Both the position numbers and the translations under genes were made by a program. Below are positions 51,063 to 63,284 of a stretch of 64,000 nt of DNA, one piece after another. Each line of letters starts with the position of its first letter. The first letter of the stretch is position 1. Source of the DNA: Lingula anatina (taxonomy: Eukaryota > Animalia > Brachiopoda). The notes beneath the pieces were generated by a model. It was not told the DNA's origin and ran no database searches. It saw only the letters and a list, made by a program, of their open reading frames with translations. The stretch covers positions 7,696,954 to 7,760,953 of the forward strand of contig CM120644.1 in NCBI GenBank assembly GCA_051362555.1. Direction: 5' to 3'.

Positions 51063-52655
51063 GCAACCAGTCCACCCTCCCCCTTCCCTCAACAGGCGAG
51101 ACGCCTCTATCGTGCCAATCACGAAATGCCCTTTTCGGGCACCCATTGGAGATCGGTATCTATAAATCTCATACTTTGTAGGTGAGACACCTACCTTCCT
51201 ATCAGAGACGATCTTTCCTCATAATAAAGGCGAAATGCCTGACACATTCTAAGAGTCGCTCTCTACTCTACACAGCATGTCCTTTTCAGGGCACCCCATA
51301 TGTATCAGTAACCATAAATCTCATACCAGGCAGGCGAGACACCTACTTTCCTATCGGAGACAATCGTTGCTCATAATAAAGGCGAGAAGCCTAACACACT
51401 CAAAGAGCCGCTCTATTCTGCAAGGGGCGCTGTCAAAACTCATGTCCTCAGAGGCCCAGCTCTGAATCATGTTATTTTGGTAAAGAAAAACAACTTGAAG
51501 GGAACAAAACTCACATTTTTTGTAAAAGTTTCTCTCCACACATAGAACAGCAGCAAGGCCCACTACTACTCTTTAATACATCAACCATTTGGTCTGCTGT
51601 GCTTTGACCTTGACTGGTGAGGTTAGGGTCAGGGTCAGGGTCAAGGCCTCTATCCCCATCAGTCAGTAACTGCATCCTCCAGTGTAGCTCAGAATGTTCA
51701 CTGAGACTGAGACCATTACATGTGGCTGGAAGTACATAGGCTGGGCCCAGAGAGAATTCATAACATGGACCTGAGCTTTCATTTTCCATGGTTTGGATGC
51801 AAATTTTATCTTGGAAGAAGTCTACTTTCATATTTCTGCAGTTGAATCTGCCAAAAAAAAAATATGTAAATTAACAAATAAATAAAAACAACAATACAAT
51901 GGATGTATGATATTTTTCGATTAGGACTTGGTAAAGATAATTAAATAAAGCATGATATGACATAATTATGTAACTTTCTTTTAAACTTGCAATTCTCATT
52001 TTTAGATTGCCAAGTCTACATTTATCACAGCACTACAGATCATGCATTTACAGTGACACTTAATTCACAGTTGTTATACAGTGATACTTATTTTCACAGT
52101 AGTTATACAGTGATACTTATTTTCACAGTAGTTATACAGTGATACTTATTTTGACAGTAGTTACATTGCTCTACTGGTTAACCCCAAGCGTGCATGTTTC
52201 AATCATTTTCAAACTTCCACATAATGTATGTATGCATCACAATTCACACATGTACAATTAATGTACTGTACGTGCTCGCTTTTATTCAGTTGCAATACAT
52301 GTAAATACATGCATAGGCATAGAGTGTGACATTATGAACATGTTACTGATTGGTAAAAAGATACCAGGTGTTGAAAAATAACGTGTAACAAGCTATAGGA
52401 AACTGGCAGGAATTATCTGAAGTGAACTGGCCGGTTTTTAAAATACAACACTCCACAGTCGACGAGGTAAGTAACGTGCTCAACAAAGATACCATAATCC
52501 TGTACAAAACTCCAAAATAAATGCTATACGTACGTATCAGCTGGAAAGATAAGATAAAACTGTGCTATTCTAAGCCTAGTCTTCAGTTCCATGTACAGCC
52601 TAATATCAGGAAATACGTCCTTTTTGTTGGCAGCGTTTACTATGGTACAATCCAT
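47499..52655 (-). CDS. UBE3D: E3 ubiquitin-protein ligase E3D (HECT_2 family)
   Basis: Exons 52655-52534, 51847-51515, 50896-50499, 50193-50112, 49748-49628, 48870-48737, 48215-48077, 47519-47499 splice in frame. Hallmarks: CSMCG...RVLPLPSEGWADFADSWFCH, CRRC, SFRFII...LLFWILD, VKVLY, LPQSLR...FYVGYLKR*. Confidence 0.88.
47716..47883. mobile_element. Small MITE in last UBE3D intron
   Basis: Ends CAGGGGCGGAT ... ATCCGCCCCTG (11-bp TIR) flanked by the direct repeat GTTAC. Confidence 0.7.
51127..51425. repeat. ~152-bp tandem repeat x2 in UBE3D intron
   Basis: ATAAATCTCATAC..GAGACACCTAC.TTCCTATC.GAGAC..CTCATAATAAAGGCGA repeated at ~152-bp spacing. Confidence 0.75.
52049..52165. repeat. ~29-bp minisatellite x4 in UBE3D intron 1
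   Basis: TACAGTGATACTTATTTTCACAGTAGTTA repeated. Confidence 0.85.
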
Positions 52656-52845
52656 GCTTTCTAAATAGGTCAATCAAGACGTGCACAATTGTATGTTTAG
52701 TAGAATATTTAGACTTACGCACTCTATCAAAAGTAAATTGTACTTAACAATTTTCTTAAAATAAGATATAAGTGAGTATTTTTTTGAATTTGAAATATCA
52801 AAAAGAAATCAAATCATTTATTTTATCTTGTATGACCCAGATTAC

Positions 52846-52861
52846 TGACGTCACTCACGTG
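52846..52861. promoter_or_regulatory. Adjacent CRE (TGACGTCA) and E-box (CACGTG) in the UBE3D/HCN divergent promoter region
   Basis: Exact palindromes at 52846-52853 and 52856-52861, ~190 bp upstream of the UBE3D ATG, between two head-to-head genes. Confidence 0.4.
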
Positions 52862-53718
52862 CGAAATATGACTTCGGCGTTTGCAGCAATTTGCTATTTA
52901 TTTTACTTGCATAGCATAGTTTTATTTATTTCATTGTATTTGTTATATTCAGAAAACGGATGAATATAAAGGGAAAATATTGGATTTAAAAGATACCATT
53001 GTGTGTCGACCAACGTGGAAATAGAAGAAGAGAGCAGTCAACTTGCAAGGCAGGTGGAAATATATGGGTCACCATGATTATCCGTGGTCTTCCAATGCCC
53101 TGGCTGAGAGCAAAATTACAAAAGTTCTTAAATTTGCTCATAGTTAACAAAGCATGTAACCCGTAGACATACCTGTTTTTCCAAATTGTTGAAGAAGTTA
53201 GTGGTAAGACTGAAAAGTATAAGCCATAATTAATTTAAAGACCGGGGATATCCAAGCAAAAATAGGTAGTACCCTGCTTTGACACTGATACCCTCTTCCA
53301 GGGCCGGAGTTTTTATTATGTGAACATTTCACCTGGGGCAGTCAATATATAATAACTATGAATTTAACCAGAGACATATCTGTGAATATATCCAGTGGAA
53401 AAAAAAAAAAAAAAAAAACAATCTGTGGCCCTGGTAGAGGACAACACTGAACTCTTTGATGTATTAATTAAATAACATTTTGTCACAATCATATTAATAT
53501 AAACAGCTAATTTAAACATTTAAGAGCACTAATTATAATTTAAAAAGAAAGTGAATACACCTGTTTGATTAAAAATAAAAAGTTTTTCATGGTATGATTG
53601 ACATATGGGCTTTAAATTGAACGCATATTATGTAGACTATATGTAAGTACATGATATAGTCTATGCTTTTGATTATTATTAAGCTTTGTTCATTTATTTT
53701 CTTCAATATTTATTTCAG

Positions 53719-56700
53719 ATAATACAACAAAAAGAGCTAGTGTTGCATTGTGTGTAGATTCATTGAAAATTCCAACAGCTATAAAAAAAGGAAAAATTGA
53801 TAAAGGTAGTTCGGGTGAAGTGAATGATACTGCACCAAGTGGGATGGCGTTTCGCAGTTTTTTACCGAACACTGGGTCCTTTTTCTTGGCTACTGCCGAG
53901 CATTTCTTTCAGGCATCAGCAGCTAATAAGCTTTGTAGGTAAGATGAAGTGTTTTGAATATGAAATATGTGACAAATGGCATTTAAAAATTGCGGAAATC
54001 TTTCATTTTTGATATTAAAATATTACCTCGTTGTTTGTTTATATTAAATATTTCTTTGGTTTTATTCAGTTTGATTCTCTGTCTAATTAGAATATTCGTC
54101 ATTCATAGGAAAGTTTTAAGAAGCAAAGATGCTATAGAAGCAGAGCAGAAAAGACAACAAAATACAAACAAATATATTATTCATCCTTTTAGTAAGTTCA
54201 GGTAGGTTCTTTTAAGTGGTCAAACTACAAAATGTCAGTCATTTCAGAAAAGGATATCTTACTTTTTTTTTAATTGGACATGATTTGGGAAATAATATGA
54301 TGGTATATTATTATACATATAATTATGTTATTATACTGTGTGAAAAGTACTGAATTGAGGTTAAAGCTCTCTCTCCTTTCTTTCTCATTTTGCTTAGTAT
54401 ACTATCTTTATGGGTGTCCTCAAGCTGCAATTGGAAGTGTCTGATACATTCTTAATTCTTTAAAAATTACTTATTTACATGTGATACCACTTTCATTTCA
54501 ATTTGTGATAAAGTAATGTAAAGTAGTAGTTTGTAAAAAAAAAATTATGAATATTAGTTGTACTTCTTGTACTGCTGTTATATGGTAATGCTATTATTAT
54601 AATATACGTAGCACCTTGTTTTCTAAATTCAGATGGTTTTGGGACCTTTTCATGGTGGCAGTATTATCTGTAACATTGATAATCCTGCCTGTCAACATTG
54701 CCTTCTTCCCAAATGATCCAGACTCACACTGGGAAGGCATGAACATTGCAGTAGATGTCATCTTTTTTATAGATATAATTCTCAACTTCCGCACTGGATA
54801 TATCAGAAGTGAAACAGAAGAGGTAAAATCTGAGTTGTAATAGATTTGGTGGATGGGTCTGTTAGCCTTCCAAATGTTAATATTTTTCTAGAATATATAA
54901 ATCAATTAAAGTAAAAAATGAAAGATGAATATAGACTAAAATGAAACTTTATCTTGGCCTATTTGATAATTGACCTGGTGTCAGTTGTTTATTTTATTTG
55001 CTAAAACAAACAAATATATGTAAACAAAAATAAAATAAAATAAAAATAAATAAAAATTATGTGAAAGATACAAATGGACATTTTTTTACTTAGGTCATAT
55101 TGAGCAGTAAGAAAATTACAATTAACTACCTGAAAACCTGGTTCTTCCTAGATTTCATTTCTACAGTTCCATTTGATTATTTTTTCCTTGCTTCAACTGG
55201 GACAGCATCCAGAGCTTTAAATGCACTCAGGATGCTGCGGTGAGATTAAAATCTGCTTGATTGTCAGGAACTTTATTTTGATCAATATTGCTGTAAAAGA
55301 TAATTTAACCTAAAAAAAGTACTTAAATTCCAACATGCATTTCTCAGTTAAAGGTTACACAAGAAGTGTATTTATTTATTTCTTTATTTATTTAATGTAA
55401 GGCCACACTTTTTTATTTTTATGGATGACATCCTCTGGGTACCCCAAAATTGGTGCGAGAGGGCGAAAAAAAAAAAACAGTCCAAAAAAAAAAAAAACTG
55501 CTTAAGTAAAGGAATGCTGTCAGTACACAGCTGGAAACACAAATTTAACCACAGAAACACGTATCAAACTAACAATATGTCTTTATCCATGCTCTCAAAA
55601 TATTAAAGCATTGTGAATACTTCGTAGAAATGTAAAAAAAAAAGTCATGAATTGATATACTTCATATTACCAAATCTATTTGAGGTTATTTCATGCATTC
55701 ATTTGGTATAGCAATCAATAAGACAAATATCAATCAAACAGTGTGTCTTTATTTGTATTCTCAGAATATTAAAACATTTTGAACACTTCACAGAAATGTT
55801 TAAAAAATGATGCAAAGATATGCTTAATACTACCAAATCTATTAAAGGTCATTTCAGACGATGCCATTTTATCAACTTCAACTCACACGAAGCAGCTAAA
55901 CTGTCAGGTGGCCTGTCCGACCTTCAGCCCACCAAATACCTCGACGCCCTTGTCGACCCTTTTTTCGCTACAGAAAACCTATTATTACTAGTAATGTGCT
56001 GCTTTATACAGAATGTCACAGAAATGTTTCGGCCGCCGCCAGCCTTTCGCACAATTGTAAAAAGGTGATATCTCCAGGCCCAATATCAATGGCATACCAA
56101 TCCAAAACGATAGCGCCCGTTCTCTTTATGACTTTTATTGTTGTGTAATTTGAAAGTAATCCTAGAGATGAATTTGACAGCAAAGTGGCCGCATTTCCAC
56201 GTGGCGAAAATACGCATGCGCAGAAAGCTCATTTCCTTGCAAATTCAATAACAACGTTTGCGACAACCGACTTCGTTGGGGGCTGGGGGGGTTTTTTTTT
56301 TTTTTTTTTTTTTTTTTTTGGAGAACGGGCGAAAATCCATGCGTGCGCAGGATGTCATCCATAAAATTAAAAAAGTGTGGCCTAAGTTCTAATTTGGAAT
56401 ATTTCACCATTTGAAATTTTTTTGTAAAGTTTTACATTAAAAATGTGCATGTTGTGTTATACTTTGAATTTATATTAACTTGAAAAAACTAAACTATGAA
56501 ATAAGATTTCAAATCACTAAAATACTTACATGTGAAATAACTCTATGTTTTTAGGTTGACAAAACTTCTCAGCTTGCTACGGGTATTCAGAATGGCCAGG
56601 TTCCTCAGGTATATTAACAGGCTAGAGGAGGTATGCACTAGTTTACTTTGATCTTTATTATGGAGAGTGATGTACGTGGTAGTAGTTACATGTAAGTGAA

Positions 56701-59700
56701 ACTCCTTCCCTGTTTTATCCACAATGTTTCCCATTTTTTTTTATCAAAACTATTTTTTTTTTTTGAGAAAGCCCAAACTGTGCATAATACTGGGGTGTTT
56801 AGAAGAGTGCACAAAGTAACAATTTTCAGTTCAAGACTGTGTGATGGTATTAATTAAATAATGTGACTTTTACAAGTCCAGTGATTATTTTGTAGATTGT
56901 GCATTGTCTTTTTCACAGCTCTTAGATATACCTGGCAGTGTTCTCCGCATTATCAATCTTGTCATCATGATTCTCCTGTTGTCCCACTGGAATGGCTGTG
57001 TACAGTACTTAGTTGCGTTTATTGAAGACTTTCCGGAGAACTCCTGGGTAGTCAGGAATGGATTGCTGGTGAGTACAGTAGTTATTATTGAAAATGTGTC
57101 AATAAGTGAACAATATTTTTACAAGCTATTTACTTTAAGGTAGATTTTTCTATGATTTCTTATATTTTACGTATGTCATTTCTTTAGCACATAATTCTTA
57201 CATTCTAGGTAGGAGAATTGCCAAGCGCTAAATTTCATCATTTTTGAAAATAATTTATAATAGTTCAGAATAAGCATTTTATTTAATGTTCACATCATTA
57301 TCCCACAGACTTTTCTTTATATTTGGATTATTCTTGTGTATAGTACTGTGTATAGTGACGGTGCAGAAAATGAAGCTCTTTCTGTGTGTGGCAGCCTTGC
57401 TCAAAGATATTGTTGACAACACTATTTTTTCCTTTAATTTTGTAGCATGCCCCTGTGACTGACAAGTACATTTTGTCTGTGTTTCGTGCAATGTCCCACA
57501 TGTTGAGTATAGGGTACGGCCGGGCACCTCCACTTAACAACACAGAAGTATTACTGGTCATGATCAGCATGTTATTGGGAGCAACATTTTATGCACTGTT
57601 CATTGGGCACACGTCCTCCTTGCTTCTGATGATTGATACCTCTGGGAGAGCCTATAATGAAAAGGTAATTGTTTCATTCTTCTTTCCCTAGTTTTTTTTT
57701 CTTTTGTAGGCGCCTGAAACTACTTGGTTTGATAAGTACTTAATGTGCCTCTTCAGAGCCGTATCTCACATGATTACTATTGGCTATGGACGGTTTCCCC
57801 CTATCTCCAACACTGACATCATTGTCATCATGTTCAGCATGATCGTGGGTGCGATTTGTTATGCTCTCTTTGTAGCTTACTGCTCTTACCTGCTGCTGAC
57901 TTCTGATGCATCAGGCAGGCTATATGTTGAAAAGGTACATTAGTTCTTCTCTCTCTTTTTTAGGTTTTTAAATTTTTTTTTTTTTTTTGTATTTGTAAGG
58001 TGCTCAATATCCAGTACTCCCTGTTTAAAAAGCCATTTATCTAATAATTATCTGACAGCAAAATAATGAATGAATGAGGTATAAAATGTAACCAGTATAA
58101 TCATTATATAAGGACTTACTTAATTTGTCAGATTTGAAGTCAAATCTATGTTATATATCTTAAAATAGTATTCATTATTTATCTTCTATGTAGTACCAAT
58201 ACTTGTGCCTCTTTATTTATAGACAAATCAAGCTAAAGAATATATGCGATACCGGAGAATCCCAATTAAAACTCAAAGGAGGGTGATTGCTTATTATGAG
58301 CACAAGTATCAGCGCAAGTACTTTGATGAAGATGGCATCATAGGAGAAGGGAACATTTCTCCTGCTATCAGACAGGTAGGATGAGGTGAAAATTATGATA
58401 CCGAATAGTGAATGCACCCATGGCATGGTCTTTCCTTAAGTTAGCAGTAGCGTATCTGATAACAAAGCGCTTGGTCTCCACTGAAAATATAAACTGAGTT
58501 TTCTGAAACCACTGAAAAAGATGATGATCAAAATTTTTTGGAGAGCTTTTTTTTTTCCACTTGCAAAAATCATAGTAGTTTTATTTTCAAAAACACTGAC
58601 ACTTATTGGCAACAACAGTACACATCATCCCTCTAAATAGTAAGATAGCAATGATCTTATCGCTTTGCAGGAAATCTTGGTACACAACTGTAAAGATTTG
58701 GTGGCCAAGGTGCCTTTCCTGGCCCAGAGTCCACCAGACTTCATGTACGATATCATCAGCAAGCTGAAATTTGAGGTGTTCCTGCCTGGGGATACGATTA
58801 TTCAAGCAGGTGCTTTGATAGTTTATTATTTTGTTCGTTAATAAAACTACAGATAGATTGCTAGGTAACAGGTAGTACAAATAACGGTGAACTAAACTGC
58901 TCCATACTTTATCAGAATTCCTGTCGCTGGTCAGCCTTGTTGCTGTGGCATCACGTTAAATAATCTCTCATAAAAAAACATGATTTTGGTTGGGAATTGG
59001 AATTGTGAATTCTTTGATAGCACATATTAGTAGAGTGTTCACTGTGTTCTAGGCAGGCGAGGGGATGGTATGTTCTTCATAGAGCACGGCAGGGTGGACG
59101 TGAAGCTGATGAATGCTGGGGTGGAACTGGTGGTTAGCAGTCTGGGAGATGGAGCATACTTTGGTGGTGAGTCAGGTTTTGCTGAAAGGGTCACTGCACT
59201 GGCTGTTTGTTCAGGATTTTGATGGGAGAGAGGGAGATAGGCCTTATTTATTATTGTTTTCCATTGCTAAGCACTGCATGCAGAAACAATTTCATGGAAA
59301 CTACATTGTGTGTGTTTGTTGGAGGGGAGGGGGGGGATAGCTGCAGTTAAAAATTCACCAATAGTGATTGTATTTAAAAATTTGTCTGACAAAGACTTAA
59401 TGATGTAGTTAATGATCCATACTCATGTGTGCAATATTTGATTTTTCCTCCTCATTTTCAGAGGTATCTCTTATCCTTGACGAAAGAAGAGTTGCTACCA
59501 TTGTGGCTGCTGAGATTTGTGACGTTTTCTTTCTGTCTAAAGCTGATTTTGAAAACATCCTTGCTGAATATCCAGCTATGTCAAACATTATGAAGAAGGT
59601 TGCAGAGGAGAGACTACAGCAAACCACACAGGCCCTAGGAAGTACTTGGGAGTAAGTGGAATTCTGTGAGAACTGTGTACATAATACCTTACCATATGTT

Positions 59701-59961
59701 ATGTGCATATGTTACCATTTTGCCAACTTCTCCCCCTAAAATACTGCCACCACATTTACCCAAGCCTACTTCTCACGGCTAACACACACACACATCCATA
59801 TATACCTTCCTATCAACTTGAATGGGCTTACTCCCGCTGGTGGTACAACACCAGGAGATGCTATTGACTCTTCAATCCTGTAGTTATGATAAATGTCACA
59901 TTTGACTGGCTATTGGAGACAATATCATACAAATTTGCATTGTTACAGTAGATAGATTTAC

Positions 59962-60001
<40 letters not shown>

Positions 60002-60259
60002 TTCACTTTTAATCATTTATTTTATAGAAATGAGGAGACAGACCCCAGTATAATTCCAGAGGTCAGTATGAGATCGCAGTCAGCCCGTCTTAAAGATTTT
60101 GATGACCAGAGTGAGGGCACAGTGGAGGAGAGTGAACCCTCCCAACCAGATGAGGCTATTGTGGAGGACGAGACTAACAAAAAAGAGAAAAAAGTTTTAC
60201 CTCCATTGAGAACTGAGAGAAACAAGAGTGGCAAAATTTTGACAAATATAGATGTTTGA
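53719..60259 (+). CDS. Hyperpolarization-activated cyclic-nucleotide-gated (HCN)-like cation channel; 5' end uncertain (in-frame ATG at 53844)
   Basis: Exons 53719-53938, 54109-54201 (HCN-domain-like NKLCRKVLRSKDAIEAEQKRQ..IIHPFSKFR), 54633-54822 (S1-S2, WDL..LNFRTG), 55094-55239 (YLKTWFFLDFISTVPFD), 56555-56630 (S4 RLTKLLSLLRVFRMARFLRY), 56919-57068 (S5, SHWNGC), pore exon 57446-57664 or 57710-57934, 58223-58375 (C-linker), 58671-58809, 59053-59166, 59462-59651 (CNBD YFGEVSLILDERRVAT), 60028-60259. Confidence 0.9.
55401..56382. mobile_element. Non-autonomous DNA transposon, PIF/Harbinger (Tourist)-like, in an HCN intron
   Basis: ~34-bp TIR GGCCACACTTTTTTA[T/A]TTTTATGGATGACATCCT at both ends and TAA target-site duplication (55398-55400, 56383-56385). 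Confidence 0.8.
57446..57664 (+). CDS. HCN-like channel pore exon A (pore helix, SIGYG filter, S6)
   Basis: Phase 0-0 exon, 219 nt, TAG acceptor and GTAAT donor: HAPVTDKYILSVFRAMSHMLSIGYGRAPPLNNTEVLLVMISMLLGATFYALFIGHTSSLLLMIDTSGRAYNEK. Confidence 0.88.
57710..57934 (+). CDS. HCN-like channel pore exon B (duplicate; TIGYG filter, S6)
   Basis: Phase 0-0 exon, 225 nt, strong polypyrimidine tract with TAG acceptor and GTACA donor: APETTWFDKYLMCLFRAVSHMITIGYGRFPPISNTDIIVIMFSMIVGAICYALFVAYCSYLLLTSDASGRLYVEK; open frame, no stops. Confidence 0.85.
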
Positions 60260-60317
60260 TGTTGTTGACACACATTGTTGTTCACAGGTTGTCTTGCTTT
60301 TCTTTTCATGCCATAAG

Positions 60318-61129
60318 AAATGAATAGTTTGCTCCTTGGCCTGCATAAGTTTATGGAGCATTTTTTTTTGTCATGTAGAGTTTTTACCTGCATCGGAAAA
60401 AACCTACTTCATGGCTCTATAAGTAGCATTGTAAAGAATAGCAGTCATTTGTATACTTTCAATGCATATGTGTTTTCATTTAGAATATATTTCTGAGAGC
60501 ATTATGTATATTAGTGCCACGTAAGTGCCATTGCTAATTTATCGCCAGGTTCACGGCCACTTGTGTATGTATCAATTAATGTTAAAGATTCTTGTTTATT
60601 TAAGGTGTTTAATGATTCTCATGAGTAAGACAGTTGTGTGTAAAAGTATTTATAGTATTATTAATGTTGTTAAAGTAGAGATTTTTTAGGAAGGAAGGAA
60701 GGCCCTGTTTGTGATACACAATTGTAAATGAATAGTTTGCTCCTTGGGCTGTATAAGTTTATGGAGCATTTTTTGTCATTTTGAGATTTTATTAGCGTCG
60801 GAAAAAAACAGTTTACTACTTCATGGCGCAACACGTAGCATTGTAAAAATTTGTCAGCATGCAATGGCATTAATGTTTTCATTCAGAATATTCTTCTAAG
60901 AGCATTATGTATATTAGTGCCACGTAAGTGCCATTGCTAATTTATCGCCAGGTTGACGGCCACTTGTGTATGTATCAAGTGATAGTAAAGATGCTTGTTT
61001 GTTTAAGGCGTTTAATAATTTTCATAAGTAAGGAAGTTGTGTGTAAAAGAATTTATAGTATTATTAATGTTGTTAAAGTAGAGATAGTTTTAGGGAGGAA
61101 GGCCCTATTTGCGATACGCAGTTGTAAAT
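60318..61129. repeat. Two-copy ~408-bp tandem duplication downstream of the HCN stop codon
   Basis: AAATGAATAGTTTGCTCCTTGG at 60318 and 60726; long shared blocks such as GAGCATTATGTATATTAGTGCCACGTAAGTGCCATTGCTAATTTATCGCCAGG. Confidence 0.9.
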
Positions 61130-61197
61130 TGATAATTCTGGGCCAGTATTATATTGAAACATACTGTGCATCTGTGATCGTTTGAAGAATGCTGTTT

Positions 61198-61445
61198 TAT
61201 TACCTCCGCCAAGGAGGTTATGTTTTCACCCCTGTTTGTCTGTCTGTTTGTTTGTTTGTTTGTCATCAACATAACTCAAAAGGATATGGACCGATGTTGA
61301 TAAAATTTTCAGGGTAGGTCGGAAATGGGTTAACTTAGAAGTGATTAGTTTTTGGTGGTGATCCGGATCAATAATCAAACAATCAATAATAATCAAAAAT
61401 CGCTGCCTTGGCGGAGGTCTGCGCTCTCGGAGTGCTTTTCTAGTT
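61198..61445 (+). mobile_element. Non-autonomous Helentron/DINE-like (HINE) element
   Basis: Subterminal inverted repeats ACCTCCGCCAAGG (61202-61214) / CCTTGGCGGAGGT (61406-61418), internal GTCT/GTTT microsatellite, 3' hairpin GCGCTCTCGGAGTGC, terminal CTAGTT. Confidence 0.75.
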
Positions 61446-61744
61446 CACTGATAAGACTTTTCCCCGACTTTTTCAGGGTCATTTTGGGTCATTCTTGTGA
61501 ATCGTGTACCCTGGACCCCTGACCAATTTCCCTTCTTTTTCAATGAGGACTGGTCTCATTCCTGTTTATTTTTCCAGTCATCGCCATAATATTGTTAATA
61601 TTATTATAATTTGTATTTTACATCTCACTCACAAATAGCTAATAATGTTTAAGTAAAATGAGTGTAAATATTAAATGTTGTGTTTCTACTAGCAAGACGT
61701 AGTGAGGTGTAGTGTCACAGACTATTTTAACGTCTTAGGGAGCA

Positions 61745-61963
61745 TTCCCATAAATCTGTCGTACTAGCAGGATCGATCTATATCCGAGGGATTTCTCGCT
61801 AAAGTGCATTCAGTTTTTAAACTTAAAAGCTTGCACGATAATTAATTACCCCCAGCAGCTTTAGTAGGCGTGAAAGATATTTAAGTCGCTTAAACTGAAT
61901 GTAATTTAGCGAGAATCCGCACGGAGTTAGATCGATCATGCTAGTACAATAGGTTTATAGGAA
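61745..61963. repeat. Long imperfect inverted repeat (foldback/MITE-like)
   Basis: GTACTAGCAGGATCGATCTA..CTCGCTAAA..CATTCAGTTT pairs with AAACTGAATG..TTTAGCGAG..TAGATCGATCATGCTAGTAC; arms extend to TTCCCATAAA / TTTATAGGAA. Confidence 0.7.
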
Positions 61964-62690
61964 CCAAGTCTTAGGCTTAGCGAGATATGTTGATGCATGA
62001 AATTCTGGAATCCCTGATTTCATCATCTGGGCGCCAGTCACCAGGCAGTCAAGTGACTGTCATCAGTGAAGTAGAGCCCCGAGAACTGTTGCAGCGTGCG
62101 TCGCCCTCTCATCATTCGTGGAATGAGTCGAAATTAACTCGCGCGGAAATAAGTGCAAAGATCCAAGTTGTGCCGCGAACTGTAACCGTCACGGCGTCGT
62201 TTCTGGCTAATTCAAAACGCAACAACTGGCAGATTGAGATAACCACATAATTTCCTGCACCTTTGCAAAACAAATGCAAATACATTTTCACATTGTAGAA
62301 GAATCACTTTACTTACAATTGATAAATGTTTCGGTAATTAAAACTGGAAGTAAGTATCATTAGAAAATGATTCACGGGTATGGTGCTGGAAAAAAGGCAA
62401 GTGATAATAATGAAAAGAGAAAGGAAACCACAAGTGATCTCTTTACACGTAGATCTAAGATTTATATAAATTAATTTAATTTAAAAGGAATTGGCGCTCT
62501 TCACCATTTATACACATCTTCGTTGCGTATAAGACCTCTCGAGACCTCTCGCTTTGTCACAGATCTTTTATAACCACGTTCATAGTCAGTTTGGACAAAG
62601 TTATGACTGGCTATTTTGCCTTTCTTTTTTGGATAAGAAACGCATTACTGACATGCGCCGGGTGTCACTGTCACTTGCACTTTCGCCACA

Positions 62691-62791
62691 ATGTTAGGCA
62701 ATTTCATTTCAACCGAGTTCCATCGTAGAATCGAGTTCTCGAACCTGCTGAGAGAGACAGAGATCCTTGTGCTGCTTAACTTGTGCTCGTG
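62691..62791 (+). other. Possible first coding exon of a downstream gene
   Basis: ACAATG start, open frame MLGNFISTEFHRRIEFSNLLRETEILVLLNLCS, strong GTGAGT donor; no continuation identified in the window. Confidence 0.3.
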
Positions 62792-63219
62792 GTGAGTACC
62801 TGAACTACAGCTTTGATTATTACTTATTTTGTAACTACTCTGTATTGGAAAACCTTTGGCAGATTTTTAAATCTTATGCCCGTTTTATGTAACAGCTAAT
62901 AACTTTTAAATATTTTTGGGGAATGAATAGATAGGCCACTTTCCCATAGAACAGTTCATTTATCTAAGCATGCACGGAGTCTCTTAAACTCACAAACGTA
63001 TTTATTTGAACTAGTACAGAAACGGTCTCTCTCTTTCTCTTTTTTTTTCTCTCTCTCTCACACGCACACACACAAACACTTAGTTTTAAATAGATAAATA
63101 AAAACTGATTTGTATCTCTGAAAGCACTGAAGTACACTGAATTATACGTACAGTAGAAATAAAGGCACTACAATGTGAAACTGTGCACAAAATGGCATGC
63201 TTGGTAAACAATCACTTTT

Positions 63220-63284
<65 letters not shown>

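Noticed and set aside
57446-57934. Interpretation as a two-pore-domain (K2P/TOK-like) subunit using both pore exons
   Set aside because: There is no outer helix between S6 of copy A and the turret of copy B, so topology is incompatible; the 45-nt spacer is also very short for an intron.
61987-62250. GC-richer 87-aa ORF
   Set aside because: No domain or splice support; adjacent to repeat elements and probably transposon-derived.
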